Source: an uncultured delta proteobacterium (lineage in GTDB: Bacteria > Myxococcota_A > Polyangia > Fen-1088). From it: a stretch of DNA of 64,000 nucleotides. Numbering within the stretch: the stretch's first letter is position 1; every line of letters begins with the position of its first letter. The notes below the pieces were generated by a model. The model made no database searches. It saw nothing but the letters and a program-made list of their open reading frames with translations, and was not told where the DNA came from. The DNA is taken from contig CAVYGB010000002.1 in NCBI GenBank assembly GCA_963767925.1, positions 256,001 to 320,000 of the forward strand. Reading direction: 5' to 3'. The translations under genes and the position numbers were made by a program. Shown piece by piece: positions 32,405-46,276 of this stretch.

Positions 32405-33166
32405 TCACCGTTGCTCTCGCGCGGCGGGCTGGCCGAGCCAGTCGTCGAAGCGGATCTTGCCGAGCCGGGCGTTGCTCTCCGGGACGAGGGTGCGCTCGCC
32501 GAGCACGGCGCCGAAGTAGGGCGCCTGCGGGTCGGCGACGACGCGGCGAGGGTCCTTGCGGGCGCCCAGGCCCCGCCGTACGAGGGCGTCGAGCCGGATC
32601 TGCTCGGGGCCCGCCACCTCGACGGTGCCCTTGACCGGCTTGCCCAGGGCGATGGCGGCGACCGCGCTGGCGACGTCGTCGGCGGCCATGGGCTGGATCA
32701 GCACGGGCGCGAGGCGCACGGTGTCGCCGTCGGTGGCCGAGCCGGCGATGTTCTTCACGAACTCGTAGAACTGGGTGGCGTGGACGATGGTGTAGGGGAT
32801 GGCCGACGCCTTGATCAGCTTCTCCTGGGCGATCTTCGCCCGGAAGTAGCCGCTGTCGGTCAGGCGTTCGCTGCCCACCACCGACAGGGCGACGTGATGG
32901 CCCACCCCGGCGGCCGCCTCGGCCGCGAGCAGGTTGCGCGTCGACGTCTCGAAGAAGGCCATCGCGGCGGCGTCCTCGAAGGACGGGGAGTTCGAGACGT
33001 CGACGACAACCGAGGCGCCCTGCAGCGCCTCCTTCAGCCCCGCGCCGGTGACGGTGTTGACCCCCGAGTTCGGTGAGGCGGCCACGACGTCGTGACCACC
33101 GTCCCGGAGCTGCTTGACCAGCTTCGACCCGATGAGCCCGCTGCCACCGATAACGACGATTTTCAT
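32405..33166 (-). CDS. NmrA/atypical SDR family oxidoreductase
   Basis: [15 protein letters not shown] and ATQFYEF motifs. Confidence 0.88.
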   Translation of the reverse strand: MKIVVIGGSGLIGSKLVKQLRDGGHDVVAASPNSGVNTVTGAGLKEALQGASVVVDVSNSPSFEDAAAMAFFETSTRNLLAAEAAAGVGHHVALSVVGSERLTDSGYFRAKIAQEKLIKASAIPYTIVHATQFYEFVKNIAGSATDGDTVRLAPVLIQPMAADDVASAVAAIALGKPVKGTVEVAGPEQIRLDALVRRGLGARKDPRRVVADPQAPYFGAVLGERTLVPESNARLGKIRFDDWLGQPAAREQR

Positions 33167-33364
33167 GATGATGTGCTCCTCCGTTTTCGCCGGAGCCCCC
33201 GCGGCCGCCGGCGCTGCTCGCCATGACCGGGCACCTGGCCGGCTTGTGACAGCTCCCGGGGCGGCGGCGGTAATTTCCCCGGCGCGCCCGTCGGCCAGGC
33301 CGGGGCCGTACGGTCGCGGCCCGCAACGCGCGGCGGGGCCGCGGCTTGGTCACCCGCGCGAGAA

Positions 33365-33922
33365 GTGGCCGGGTACCATCAACCGGTGGAGAACGGGGCG
33401 CCCGACGATGGCCTCGCGGCCTTTGTCCGGGCCCGTCCACGGCTCTTCGCCATCGCCCGCCGCCTGCTGGGCAGCGCGGCCGAGGCCGACGACGTCTTGC
33501 AGGACGTCTGGCTGCGCTGGCAGGCCACCGACCGCCGGGTGGTCCTGAACGCGCCCGCCTTCCTGGCGACGACAACAACCCGGCTGGCCATCAACGTGGC
33601 CCAGTCGGCCCGCGCGCGCCGCGAGACCCAGGTCGGGCGGTGGCTGCCGGAGCCGATCGACACCGCCGCCGACCCCGGCCTGGGGGCCGAGCGGGGCGAG
33701 GCGCTGGCGGTCGCGGCGCTGGTGCTGCGGGACCGGCTCTCGCCGTCCGAACGGGCGGCCTTCGTCCTGCGGGAGGCCTTCGACTACCCCTACCGGCAGA
33801 TCGCGGAGATCCTGCGCCTCGGAGAGGCCAACACCCGCCAGCTCGTGACCCGCGCCCGCAAACACCTCGCCCAGCGGCGCCCGGCCCGCTCGCGCCGCCG
33901 GGCTTCGCGGGCGGCACCCTAG
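33365..33922 (+). CDS. ECF sigma factor (SigJ/ECF41-like, no C-terminal extension)
   Basis: EADDVLQDVWLRW, WLPEP and ERAAFVLREAFDYPY motifs. Confidence 0.85.
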   Translation: MAGYHQPVENGAPDDGLAAFVRARPRLFAIARRLLGSAAEADDVLQDVWLRWQATDRRVVLNAPAFLATTTTRLAINVAQSARARRETQVGRWLPEPIDTAADPGLGAERGEALAVAALVLRDRLSPSERAAFVLREAFDYPYRQIAEILRLGEANTRQLVTRARKHLAQRRPARSRRRASRAAP

Positions 33923-33938
33923 CAGCACTGAACGGTGA

Positions 33939-33990
33939 TCCGGAGACCCCTCACCCCTCCCTCTCCCCGCTCCGCGGGGCGAGGGCGAAC
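33939..33990 (+). repeat. REP-like hairpin
   Basis: CCGGAGACCCCTCACCCCTCCCTCTCCCCGCTCCGCGGGGCGAGGGCGAAC; matches 51355-51400. Confidence 0.8.
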
Positions 33991-34000
33991 GATCGGCGAG

Positions 34001-34533
34001 GTGCCTCAATCAGCTTCGAGCCGCGATTGTCCTGGTGCCTCGATCAGCTTCGAGCCGCGATTGTCCTGGTGCCTCGATCAGCTTCGAGCCGCGATTGTCC
34101 TGGTGCCTCGATCAGCTTCGAGCCGCGATTGTCCTGGTGCCTCGATCAGCTTCGAGCCGCGATTGTCCTGGTGCCTCGATCAGCTTCGAGCCGCGATTGT
34201 CCTGGTGCCTCGATCAGCTTCGAGCCGCGATTGTCCTGGTGCCTCGATCAGCTTCGAGCCGCGATTGTCCTGGTGCCTCGATCAGCTTCGAGCCGCGATT
34301 GTCCTGGTGCCTCGATCAGCTTCGAGCCGCGATTGTCCTGGTGCCTCGATCAGCTTCGAGCCGCGATTGTCCTGGTGCCTCGATCAGCTTCGAGCCGCGA
34401 TTGTCCTGGTGCCTCGATCAGCTTCGAGCCGCGATTGTCCTGGTGCCTCGATCAGCTTCGAGCCGCGATTGTCCTGGTGCCTCGATCAGCTTCGAGCCGC
34501 GATTGTCCTGGTGCCTCGATCAGCTTCGAGCCG
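34001..34533. repeat. 34-bp tandem array, 15 full copies plus a partial one
   Basis: Unit GTGCCTCGATCAGCTTCGAGCCGCGATTGTCCTG; essentially invariant. Confidence 0.97.
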
Positions 34534-34558
34534 GGCACCGGGGGCGGGTCGGTGAGGG

Positions 34559-36079
<1,521 letters not shown>

Positions 36080-36082
36080 CGG

Positions 36083-37192
36083 CTATTTGCCCTTGCCCAG
36101 GAAGGTCCGGATCGCCTCCATGATCCCCTCCTTGTTCTTGATCTCCGAGGAGACGACGTTCTCGTCGTCCTCGAAGTGATCGTTGAGGTCCTTGAGGAAC
36201 TGCCCCGAGCCGTAGGGGCTCTCCACCTGGCCGTAACAGAACAGGTTCACCTTCGGCAAGATGTCGTTCTTCATCAGCTCGATGCAAAGCACGGTGTCGT
36301 CGACCGACCAGTTGTCCCCGTCGGAGAAATGAAAGGGGTAGATGTTCCACTCGCTGGGGGGAAAGTCGCTCTCGATCATCTTGGCGCACAGCTTGTACGC
36401 GCTGGAGATCATGGTGCCGCCCGACTCGCGCGTGCGGAAGAAGGTGTCGCGGTCGACCTCCTTGGCCACGGCGTCGTGGATGATGTAGCGCGACTCCAGC
36501 CCCTTGTACTGCGAGCGCAGCCAGGTATCGATCCAGAAGGAGGTGATGCGGACGATCTCCTTCTGCTCGTCGCCCATCGACCCCGACACGTCCATGATGA
36601 AGATCATCACGGCGTTGGACTGGGGCAGCGGGGTGGTCCGCCACGACCGGTAGCGCCGGTCCTCCCGCACGGGGACGATCATCGGCCGCTCGGGGTTGTA
36701 GGTCCCGGTCATGATCTGCCGGCGCAGGGCCTGGCGGAAGGTGCGCTTGAAGTGGCGCAGCGATTCGGGACCGGTGCGGCGGATGCCGACGTAGCGGTCC
36801 TTCTGGGTGATGATCCGCTCCTTGCCCTTGGGCTCGATGCGGGGGAGCTGCAGCTCCTCGCCGAGGATCTGGGCCAGCTCGTCGAGCGACAGCTCGACCT
36901 CGAGGGCGTGTTCACCCGGGTCGGATCCCGCCTTGCCGGCCCCCTCCTCCTGCCCCTCGCCGCTGCCGATGGCGTCGCCCACCTGGCCGGGCCCCTGCCC
37001 CACCCCGCCCTTCTGCCCGCTGCCGAAGCGGAAGCGGGGCAGGTTGATCTGGGGCAGCGGGATGGACACCAGGTCCTTGCCCTTGCGCCCGATCAGCTCC
37101 CCGTTGGAGATGTACTTCTTGAGGTTCTGCTTGATCTTGCCGCGAACGATGTCGCGGAACCGGCGGTGGTCGGGATCTATGCGCAGAGCCAT
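36083..37192 (-). CDS. yeaH: DUF444/YeaH family vWA protein
   Basis: MDVSGSM, ESGGT and FSDGDNW motifs; operon context. Confidence 0.92.
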   Translation of the reverse strand: MALRIDPDHRRFRDIVRGKIKQNLKKYISNGELIGRKGKDLVSIPLPQINLPRFRFGSGQKGGVGQGPGQVGDAIGSGEGQEEGAGKAGSDPGEHALEVELSLDELAQILGEELQLPRIEPKGKERIITQKDRYVGIRRTGPESLRHFKRTFRQALRRQIMTGTYNPERPMIVPVREDRRYRSWRTTPLPQSNAVMIFIMDVSGSMGDEQKEIVRITSFWIDTWLRSQYKGLESRYIIHDAVAKEVDRDTFFRTRESGGTMISSAYKLCAKMIESDFPPSEWNIYPFHFSDGDNWSVDDTVLCIELMKNDILPKVNLFCYGQVESPYGSGQFLKDLNDHFEDDENVVSSEIKNKEGIMEAIRTFLGKGK

Positions 37193-37194
37193 GT

Positions 37195-37410
37195 TCAGAT
37201 CACCAGATCGATGAACCTTTCACTCGTCGGATCGTAGACCCCCAGCCGCCGCCCCTGGCGCTTGGCGGCCAGGCCGGTGTCGAGCAGGCCCAGGGCCCGG
37301 GTCAACACCGCCATGGGATCGGCGGTGTCGATGTCCTTCATCAGCTTGATGAGGAGCTGGGCGGCCGTGCCGTTCATCTCGACGTTGACCGGCCCGGTTC
37401 GTGGATCCAT
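37195..37410 (-). CDS. Small hypothetical protein (71 aa) inside the prkA operon
   Basis: GGAGG RBS upstream of the ATG; fills the gap between prkA and yeaH with tight spacing. Confidence 0.65.
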   Translation of the reverse strand: MDPRTGPVNVEMNGTAAQLLIKLMKDIDTADPMAVLTRALGLLDTGLAAKRQGRRLGVYDPTSERFIDLVI

Positions 37411-37430
37411 CGCTGGGGTTCCCTCCGGGC

Positions 37431-39506
<2,076 letters not shown>

Positions 39507-39806
39507 GCGATCTCCTTCCCCGCGACAACCCGGGGTCGGTGGTTCGCGGTCGCAGACGAGCGACTCGCGGCGAGCGGCACTGCCCGTTGAGTCTAACACG
39601 CGGGTGCGGCAAGGCCGGTCTCCGGTGCAAATCGGTTTGCGACCGCTCGTCGAACCCTTGCTCTTACTCTGTCCGGAAGTCTGGGTGAGTTCCAGACCTC
39701 GGCGCGAGTTTGCCGTCGAAGACCACCTCGGCGGGCCGTCCGCCGGGCGGCGCCGCCGCTCCCTGGTCCGCGGCGGGCCCGGACGACCTGGCCCGCGCGA
39801 CCCGGG

Positions 39807-40928
39807 TCACCGCTTCTTGGGCATGGGCCGGCCGCCCCGCTGGTACTTCACCACCGCCGCCTCGTGCTCCTCTTCGGTAACGGAGAACTGGTGGTGGCCG
39901 TCCCCCCGGGCGACGAAGAAGAGGTAAGGGGACTTGTCGGGGTTGAACACGGCCTGCAAGGAGGCGCGGCCAGGGTTGGCGATGGGGCCGGGGGGGAGGC
40001 CCTGGATGGCGTAGGTGTTGTAGTCGTTGTCCTGGTCGTTGAGGTGGATCCGCTGGATGTTCATGTTCTTGAACTGCCGGCAGGCCTCCGAGATACGACC
40101 GGTGTAGATGGGCGCCACCGCACAGCCATAGATGATGGTGGGGTCGGTCTCGAGCCGGCGGCGCGGGAAGGTGGGCAAGGTCAGGCGGTTGATGTTGAGC
40201 TGCGCGATGCGCGGGCGCTCATCGGCCCGCCCGGTCTCCTTCTCGATGATGGAGGCCAGGGTGACCACCTGTCGGTCCTCGAAGCCCAGCCGCCGCCGCA
40301 GGTCCTCGAGCCCGTCGGCGTGGGCCCGTTTCAGCTCCTCGTAGACCTGGCGGTGGCGCCGCACCATGGTGAAGATGACGTCCACGGGCGGGCTGTTGGG
40401 ACGCAGGCGGTAGGTGTCGGGGAACAGGTACCCCTCGAGCGACAGGCCCGGGATCTCCATCGACTTCACGATGGCGGGGTTGATGGCAGCGGCGATGAAC
40501 TCGGCCTTGCGCGTCACCCCGGCGGCCTCGAGGATGTCGGCGATCTCGACGAAGTTCTTGCCCTCGGGGATGGTGACGGTGACCAGCCGGTCGGCCGCGC
40601 CCTTCATGAGGGTGTCGACCAGCTCCTTGGGGCTGACGGGGGCCTTGACCTCGTAGTTGCCGCTACGGATCCGACCCGCCGCCCCGCGCTGGGCGGTGTA
40701 CAGGCGGAACAGGGCGGGGCTCTCGACAAGCCCGGCTTTCTGCATCAGCTCCGAGACGTCCTGGGCGGTGGCGCCGCGGGGGATGGTGATCTTCACCGTC
40801 CCCTCGGCTGACCCGTCGCTGCGGTCGGGGTAGCTCCAGACCAGGTAGAGGATGACGCTGAAGGTGGCGACACCTGCCAGCATGGTTCCCAGGAAGACCC
40901 AAAGGGCGCGGCGCATGTCCGATCTCAT
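39807..40928 (-). CDS. mltG: Endolytic transglycosylase
   Basis: TIPEG, LEGYLFPDTY, LASIIEKET, YNTY and GLPPGPIANPG motifs. Confidence 0.93.
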   Translation of the reverse strand: MRSDMRRALWVFLGTMLAGVATFSVILYLVWSYPDRSDGSAEGTVKITIPRGATAQDVSELMQKAGLVESPALFRLYTAQRGAAGRIRSGNYEVKAPVSPKELVDTLMKGAADRLVTVTIPEGKNFVEIADILEAAGVTRKAEFIAAAINPAIVKSMEIPGLSLEGYLFPDTYRLRPNSPPVDVIFTMVRRHRQVYEELKRAHADGLEDLRRRLGFEDRQVVTLASIIEKETGRADERPRIAQLNINRLTLPTFPRRRLETDPTIIYGCAVAPIYTGRISEACRQFKNMNIQRIHLNDQDNDYNTYAIQGLPPGPIANPGRASLQAVFNPDKSPYLFFVARGDGHHQFSVTEEEHEAAVVKYQRGGRPMPKKR

Positions 40929-41359
40929 GGTGTCCTCTCCGTTTCAGGCGCGCGCCGGGCATCGAGCCAGCGCTGCAGGATCACGGCCGCGGCGAGCTTG
41001 TCGACGACCTCGCGGCGGCGTTTGCGCGACAGGTCGGCGGCCAGGAGCACGTCTTGCGCCTCTACCGTCGAGAAGCTCTCGTCGATGAGGTCGACGGGGA
41101 GCTGCAGGTGGGCGGCGAGCCGGTCGCCGAAGGCCCGGGCCCGGCGGGCGTTGTCGGTCTCGCGGCCCTCGGGGTCGAGGGGCAGCCCGAGGACCAGCCG
41201 TTCGGCCCCCACCGCCCGCACCACCTGCGCCAGGGCGTCCAGGTCGCGGAGTCCGCCGTGCCGGGCCACCGTGGCGTAGGGCTGGGCGGTGAGCCCCAGG
41301 CCATCCGAGACCGCCACGCCGATCCGGCGGGAGCCGAGGTCGATGCCCACCACGCGCAT
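40925..41359 (-). CDS. ruvX: YqgF/RuvX family nuclease
   Basis: GIDLGSRRIGVAVSD, DESFST and DKLAAAVILQ motifs. Confidence 0.92.
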   Translation of the reverse strand: MRVVGIDLGSRRIGVAVSDGLGLTAQPYATVARHGGLRDLDALAQVVRAVGAERLVLGLPLDPEGRETDNARRARAFGDRLAAHLQLPVDLIDESFSTVEAQDVLLAADLSRKRRREVVDKLAAAVILQRWLDARRAPETERTP

Positions 41360-41420
41360 GATGTATCGACGGGGAACATAGCACTCTAACGCGGGGGGGT
41401 GGATCTATGATGCACGCATC

Positions 41421-41726
41421 ATGTCGGACGTACCGAAGGCGCCCCCGGGCTCGCAGCAGATCCAGATCGACCTCGACGAAGCGACGGCGCAGGGGATGTA
41501 TTGCAACCTCGTGCTGATCAACCACACCGACGCGGAGTTCATTCTCGACTTCGCCTTCTTGCAGCCCTCGGCGCCCCAGGCGCGGGTGCGGGCCCGGATC
41601 ATCTCCTCGCCGCGGCACACGAAGCGGCTGCTGCGGGCGCTGGAGACAAACCTCGAGCGGTACGAGGAGCGCTTCGGCAAGATCACCGAAGAGGGGCAGG
41701 CGCCCGACCCGACCATCGTGAGCTGA
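41421..41726 (+). CDS. DUF3467 family protein
   Basis: GMYCNLVLINHTDAEFILDF and YEERFGKI motifs. Confidence 0.85.
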   Translation: MSDVPKAPPGSQQIQIDLDEATAQGMYCNLVLINHTDAEFILDFAFLQPSAPQARVRARIISSPRHTKRLLRALETNLERYEERFGKITEEGQAPDPTIVS

Positions 41727-41858
41727 GCTGAGCTGCGCGCGCCGGGTCGCGCGCAGGGAACGTGGCGGTCGCCGCGGGCGTGGGGCGCGCCGCGGGCGCG
41801 GGTGGCTGGGGAGATCGACGGCCGGGAGATGCCGGCCGCGGGACGCCGGGCGCCCGGC

Positions 41859-42776
41859 TCAGCTCACGGCGCCTTCGAGCGCGACCAGGGTGCCGTGGCG
41901 GGTGTCGAGCTCGACCAGGGTGCCGTAGGGCAGCGCGGTGTTGCGGCTGCCGTGGCCGACCAGGGCCCCGGTGGCCACCGGGATGGCGAGGCGCCCGAGG
42001 CGTTCCTCCAGCACCTGCTCGACCGAGGGGGACTTGAGGGGCGAGCCCTCGGCCTCGCAGCAGTCCTTGAAGTCGCCGAGCACCACGGCCGAGACGGCGC
42101 TGAACACGCCGGCCAGGTCGAGGTGGGTGATGAGGCGGTCGATCCGATACGGGCGCTCGCCGATGTCCTCGAGCAGCAGGACGGCGCCGCTGAGGTCGGG
42201 CAGGAAGGGCGTACCCAGGAGGCGGGAGAACACCTCGAGGTTGCCGCCGACCAGGGGGCCCTGCACGCGTCCGGGGATCAGCGAGACCAGGTCGGTCAGC
42301 AGGAGGCCCTGGCCGGCGCGCTCGAGCAGGCCGAACAGGGCGGCGTGATCTTCGGGCGGCAGGCGGTGGAGCTGGGTCACCACCGGGCCGTGCACCGAGG
42401 CCAGCCCGGCGCGGGCGGCGGCGGCCAGCAGCGCGGTGCCGTCGGAGAACCCGACGATGGCCTTGGGGTGCGCGCGCAGGAGGGCGGGGTCGAGCATCGG
42501 GAGCAGGCGCATCAGGCCGTAGCCGCCGCGGGCCAGGAAGATGGCCCGGGCGTCGGGATCGGCCAGGGCGGCCGCCAGCTCGGTCAGCCGGTGCTCGTCG
42601 CTGCCGGCGAGGAAGCCGTCGGCGGCGTAGATCAGCACCTGGTCGTAGCGGACCTGGTAGCGGGTGGCGAGCACGGCGGCGCCGGCCTCCAGCTCCTTGC
42701 GCGGGACGGGGCCCGAGGCGGCGACGATGCGGACGGGGGCGCCGGGGATCAGCCGCGGCGGCAGCAGGAGTGACAT
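41859..42776 (-). CDS. LD-carboxypeptidase (S66)
   Basis: ARGGYG, VGFSD, GGNL, LEDIGE and GH motifs. Confidence 0.9.
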   Translation of the reverse strand: MSLLLPPRLIPGAPVRIVAASGPVPRKELEAGAAVLATRYQVRYDQVLIYAADGFLAGSDEHRLTELAAALADPDARAIFLARGGYGLMRLLPMLDPALLRAHPKAIVGFSDGTALLAAAARAGLASVHGPVVTQLHRLPPEDHAALFGLLERAGQGLLLTDLVSLIPGRVQGPLVGGNLEVFSRLLGTPFLPDLSGAVLLLEDIGERPYRIDRLITHLDLAGVFSAVSAVVLGDFKDCCEAEGSPLKSPSVEQVLEERLGRLAIPVATGALVGHGSRNTALPYGTLVELDTRHGTLVALEGAVS

Positions 42777-42800
42777 GGGTCGGTCCGACCCGCTTCTAGC

Positions 42801-43343
42801 CTAGCGACGGCGGCGGCGCCGGCGTTTGTTGTTGGCGCCGTTGGAGGCGGCGTTTGGGTCGTGCAGGCCGCTCACCTCGTCGGGGCCGAGGTCGCCGTTG
42901 TCGCCGTTGGACTCGCCGTTCAGGTCGCCGGTGTCGTGCTCGCCGGTGCCGTTGAGGCTGGGGTCGTTGCCCACCGGCTCGGGCACGGCCCCGTCGGCCT
43001 CCAGGACGATGGGGGGCTCGACCGGCTCGGGGCGGGGGCCCTCGCGCACAGCCCGGTATTCGCCGGAGTAATCGGGGTTGGGCAGCAGGGTGACCTCGAA
43101 GGGCTCGCTCTGGCCGACGGCGCGGACGTGCATGACCGAGGTGGCGGCCACCGAGGCCTCGGTGACGCGCACGACCCGCACGAAAGAGACCTCCGGCCCG
43201 ACGCACAGCTCGAGGCGGGTTCCCACGGGCATCGGTTCGGCGGTCGTGAGCTGCAGGACGCCGCCCTGCTCCATGCTGCCGGCCATGGCGCTGATGCGAT
43301 CGATCACCACCCCCTCGTACCGGATCTCCACAGGCGTCTCCAC
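42801..43343 (-). CDS. Hypothetical protein (PilZ-like N-terminus, acidic tail, poly-Arg end)
   Basis: EPMPVGTRLEL motif; coding-like bias. Confidence 0.55.
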   Translation of the reverse strand: METPVEIRYEGVVIDRISAMAGSMEQGGVLQLTTAEPMPVGTRLELCVGPEVSFVRVVRVTEASVAATSVMHVRAVGQSEPFEVTLLPNPDYSGEYRAVREGPRPEPVEPPIVLEADGAVPEPVGNDPSLNGTGEHDTGDLNGESNGDNGDLGPDEVSGLHDPNAASNGANNKRRRRRRR

Positions 43344-43850
43344 GGCAGTTCATCTTACGAACCGTCTCGTAGGGGCGGCAAGCGGGGTTTTTCGAGGGCA
43401 TCCCGAGACTTTGACGTAGCGCAGAGAGGGTTCTTGCGCGGGCCGAGGGCCTGAATGGAGGGAGAGGTGGGGTGCCGGGTAGCGTTAATGGGGGTGGGCG
43501 GAGCGAACCCGGCGGTTTCGGGTGGGGCGGGCGGTGAAGGGGGGTTGGAATTGGACCTAGGTCTTGAGTGGGCGCGGAGATCTCCGGCCAAATCTCTCAT
43601 CGAGACGCCGACGGGAAACCATGGCTGGGACCTGCGGACGGCTGGACGATGGGCGCCACTGGTTTCCGGCCCGTCGCGGGCCGCAGGAAGGGCTTCCTCG
43701 CGGCGGCGTTCAGTCGAAGCAGCGCCCGCCCAAATGATGAATCGGGGGCCAGGCGCGGGCCAGGCATGGGCAAGGTGGTCGTGCGCCCCCGCGCTCCGGC
43801 CATCTGCCATTGAACACCCGCTCGGGTGACGATCGGAGCGCCTCGCCATT

Positions 43851-43894
43851 CGTTCGCCCTCGCCCCGCGGCAGCGGGGAGAGGGGTGAGGGGTC
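43851..43894 (-). repeat. REP-like hairpin, single reverse copy
   Basis: GTTCGCCCTCGCCCCGCGGCAGCGGGGAGAGGGGTGAGGGGT; matches 51665-51710. Confidence 0.8.
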
Positions 43895-44066
43895 CGCGCG
43901 CGCGGTTCGAGCCGTTGCTGCTCGAGGGGGGGCTCGGCGGGTCGTCGAAGCCCGCCCCGCTCGTCGCCCACGACGTGACCAGCGAGCGCGATTCGCGGCC
44001 ACCGCGGCCCTCCGGCGGCCTCGGAGGGAGGGTCCGGTGGCGGGGCAACGCTGCTACAATTGCGCG

Positions 44067-45648
44067 GTGGAAAGTCGGCTCCGACTGCTCCGAGGGGTGG
44101 TGCTGGTGGGTCTCCTGTGCGCGCCGCTGCGGGGGCGCGCGCAGCTCCAGCAGAACGAATATCAGCAGCAGCAGGACTACGCGGCCAAGTTCGAGCCGGC
44201 GCCGCTGCTGGCGCCGGGCCGGCCGGGCGGGGGGCCCTCGGGCCTGGTGCGCTTGCGCTTTTACGCCGACGACGAGTTCCGCAGCAGCAGCGGCGGCGGC
44301 CGCTGGCAAGATCGGGTGCGGGGCCAGCTCCTCAGCCTCAACCAGGTGGTGGAGCCGACCTTCGGCATCCGCTTCGAGGGGGAGAGCTTCCGCCGCTGGG
44401 AGCGGACGGGCAAGGGCGGCGCCCTGCAGCCGATGCTGGAGGAGCTCGAGAAGCTCGACAAGGGGCCCGACGTCGACTGGGTGGTGGGGCTGGTCTCGCC
44501 GCTGCCGCTCGTGTCGATGTCGTTCCACGACCTGGGCTGCGCGCGCGTGCTGGGGCGCCACTTCGTGCTGCGCGGGATGGCCTCCATCGCCGAGCTCGAC
44601 GACTTCAAGCGCGTGCTGCCGAAGCTCGACCAGGAGGACCGGGAGAAGCTCTACAGCCGGCGCAAGCTCCACAAGGAGCTCTCGATCTTCCTGCACGAGT
44701 GGGCGCACACGCTGGGCGCCCTGCACGTCGAGGACGGCACCCGCATCATGGGGCCGGGCTACTCGAACCGGACCAGCCTGTTTTCGGCGGAGGACGCGGG
44801 GCTGATCGCGGCCGGGCTGGACGCGCGGATGGCGGCGCGGGGCAAGGAGACGATCGACTGGACGCCCCTGCGCAAGCTGGTGACCGACGCGAAGGGGGAC
44901 TGGGTGAAGGCGGACCGGGCGCAGCTCATGGAGCTGCTCCAGGGGTCACAGGCGCGGGCCGAGGCGGGAGGCGAGATTCGATCGGGTGCCCACCTTGCCG
45001 ATTCCGGGGCTGGGACCTCCGGGCGGGGGGCTGGGGCTGCGGCGGCCGGCGCCGCCCGAGACCGGGCCGGTGGCGGAGGCGCGCAAGCTGATGGCGCGCG
45101 GGCAGCTCACGGCCGCCGGGCGGATGCTGGCGAGCGCGGGGCAAGGGGCCGACGTGCGGGCGGCGGCGGCGGACATGGTCGAGGCGCGGCGACGGCTGGG
45201 GCTTCCGCCGGCTGGCAAGGGGTTTGCGCTGGCGGCCGAGGCGGAGCCGGACTACGCGGCGGTTGTCGAGGAGGCGCGGCGGCTCATGCGGGCGGGGAAG
45301 CCGGGGGAGGCGCAGGTGGCGGCGGAGCGCGGGTTGAAGAAATACGCGGGGGCGCCGGGGTTGCTGGTGGTGCAGTGTGAGGCGCTGTTGCGGCAGGGGC
45401 GACCGCGGGCTGGGGGCAAGCCGTGCACGGATGCGCTGGAGGTGATGGAGGATTTGCCCCATGCGCATTATTTGCTCGGATGCATCTATGCGGAGGTCGG
45501 GCAGGTGGATCGCGCCATCACCTCTTTGAAGCGGTCGATCGAGCTGGATCGCAACGATCAGAAGGTTTGGGAGGCGCTCTCGCAGTTGTATCGCGGGCTG
45601 GGGCGCACCGACGAATACAGCAAGTTCGCGGCGAAGCACGGCATGTAA
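44067..45648 (+). pseudogene. Metzincin (M12B-like) metallopeptidase plus TPR protein, split by a 1-nt frameshift near 44967
   Basis: Signal peptide, HEWAHTLGALH and Met-turn (RIMGP); TPR repeats continue in the +1 frame. Removing one G from GCGGGAG fuses them (…ARAEAEARFDRVP…). Confidence 0.7.
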
Positions 45649-45777
45649 CGCCGGCGGGCCCGCGCGTCCGTAGCCCGTTCCCGTTCCCGTCCCCGTATGC
45701 GTCCGCATACCCGGGGCGACCACCGGTGCCTGCACGGCATCTCCTTTTCGCCGCGACGGGAACGGGCGTCGGGCGTC

Positions 45778-45881
45778 GGCTACGGCTACGGCTACGGCTA
45801 CGGCTACGGCTACGGCTACGGCTACGGCTACGGCTACGGCTACGGCTACGGCTACGGCTATGGCTACGGCTATGGCTACGG
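45778..45881. repeat. (GGCTAC)n microsatellite, about 17 copies
   Basis: Direct reading; two GGCTAT variants. Confidence 0.95.
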
Positions 45882-45947
45882 GCGGCGGCGACGGGAACGC
45901 GCGGGCTAGATCGTCACTGGTGCGTGATGCGAGGGCGCTGGCGCTGA

Positions 45948-46112
45948 GGCCCGGTGCGCTCCGGGGAGAGAAAGACTTGCCTGAGGGCTCGCCGGGTCTT
46001 ACAGCGCTTCGCGCTTGACCCTCTGTTCGCCGCTGGCGACTTCGCGCAGACGCGAAGTGCGCGGCTCCACTCGCCCTCAGACAAGTCTTCCTCTCCCCTC
46101 CGCTCCCCTACC
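45948..46112 (-). other. Structured dispersed element, copy 2
   Basis: Outer stem 45963-45987/46074-46098 with the same core as 27442-27608. Confidence 0.75.
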
Positions 46113-46276
46113 CTTTGGTCCATCACGGCGGCTGCTGGGCGGCATGAGGGGGTGGCGACGATCTTCCGGCGTGGATCGGCGCGTTTCCTGGCAGGCGCGG
46201 CGGTGAACGATCGGCCAGTTCCCGCGAGGGCGCGACGCTGAAGGAACGGCCCGTTCCCGCCAAGACGCGGGGGGGG

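Noticed and set aside
34001..34533. CRISPR array, or real proteins from the three overlapping repetitive ORFs
   Set aside because: Head-to-tail identical 34-mers without spacers; the ORFs exist only because the unit lacks stops on that strand.
43380..44030. Possible IS remnant or ncRNA in a long intergenic region
   Set aside because: Apart from one REP hairpin, no TIRs, transposase motifs or second copy were found.
45697..45909. GY-repeat protein
   Set aside because: Translation of the (GGCTAC)n microsatellite with no other coding evidence.
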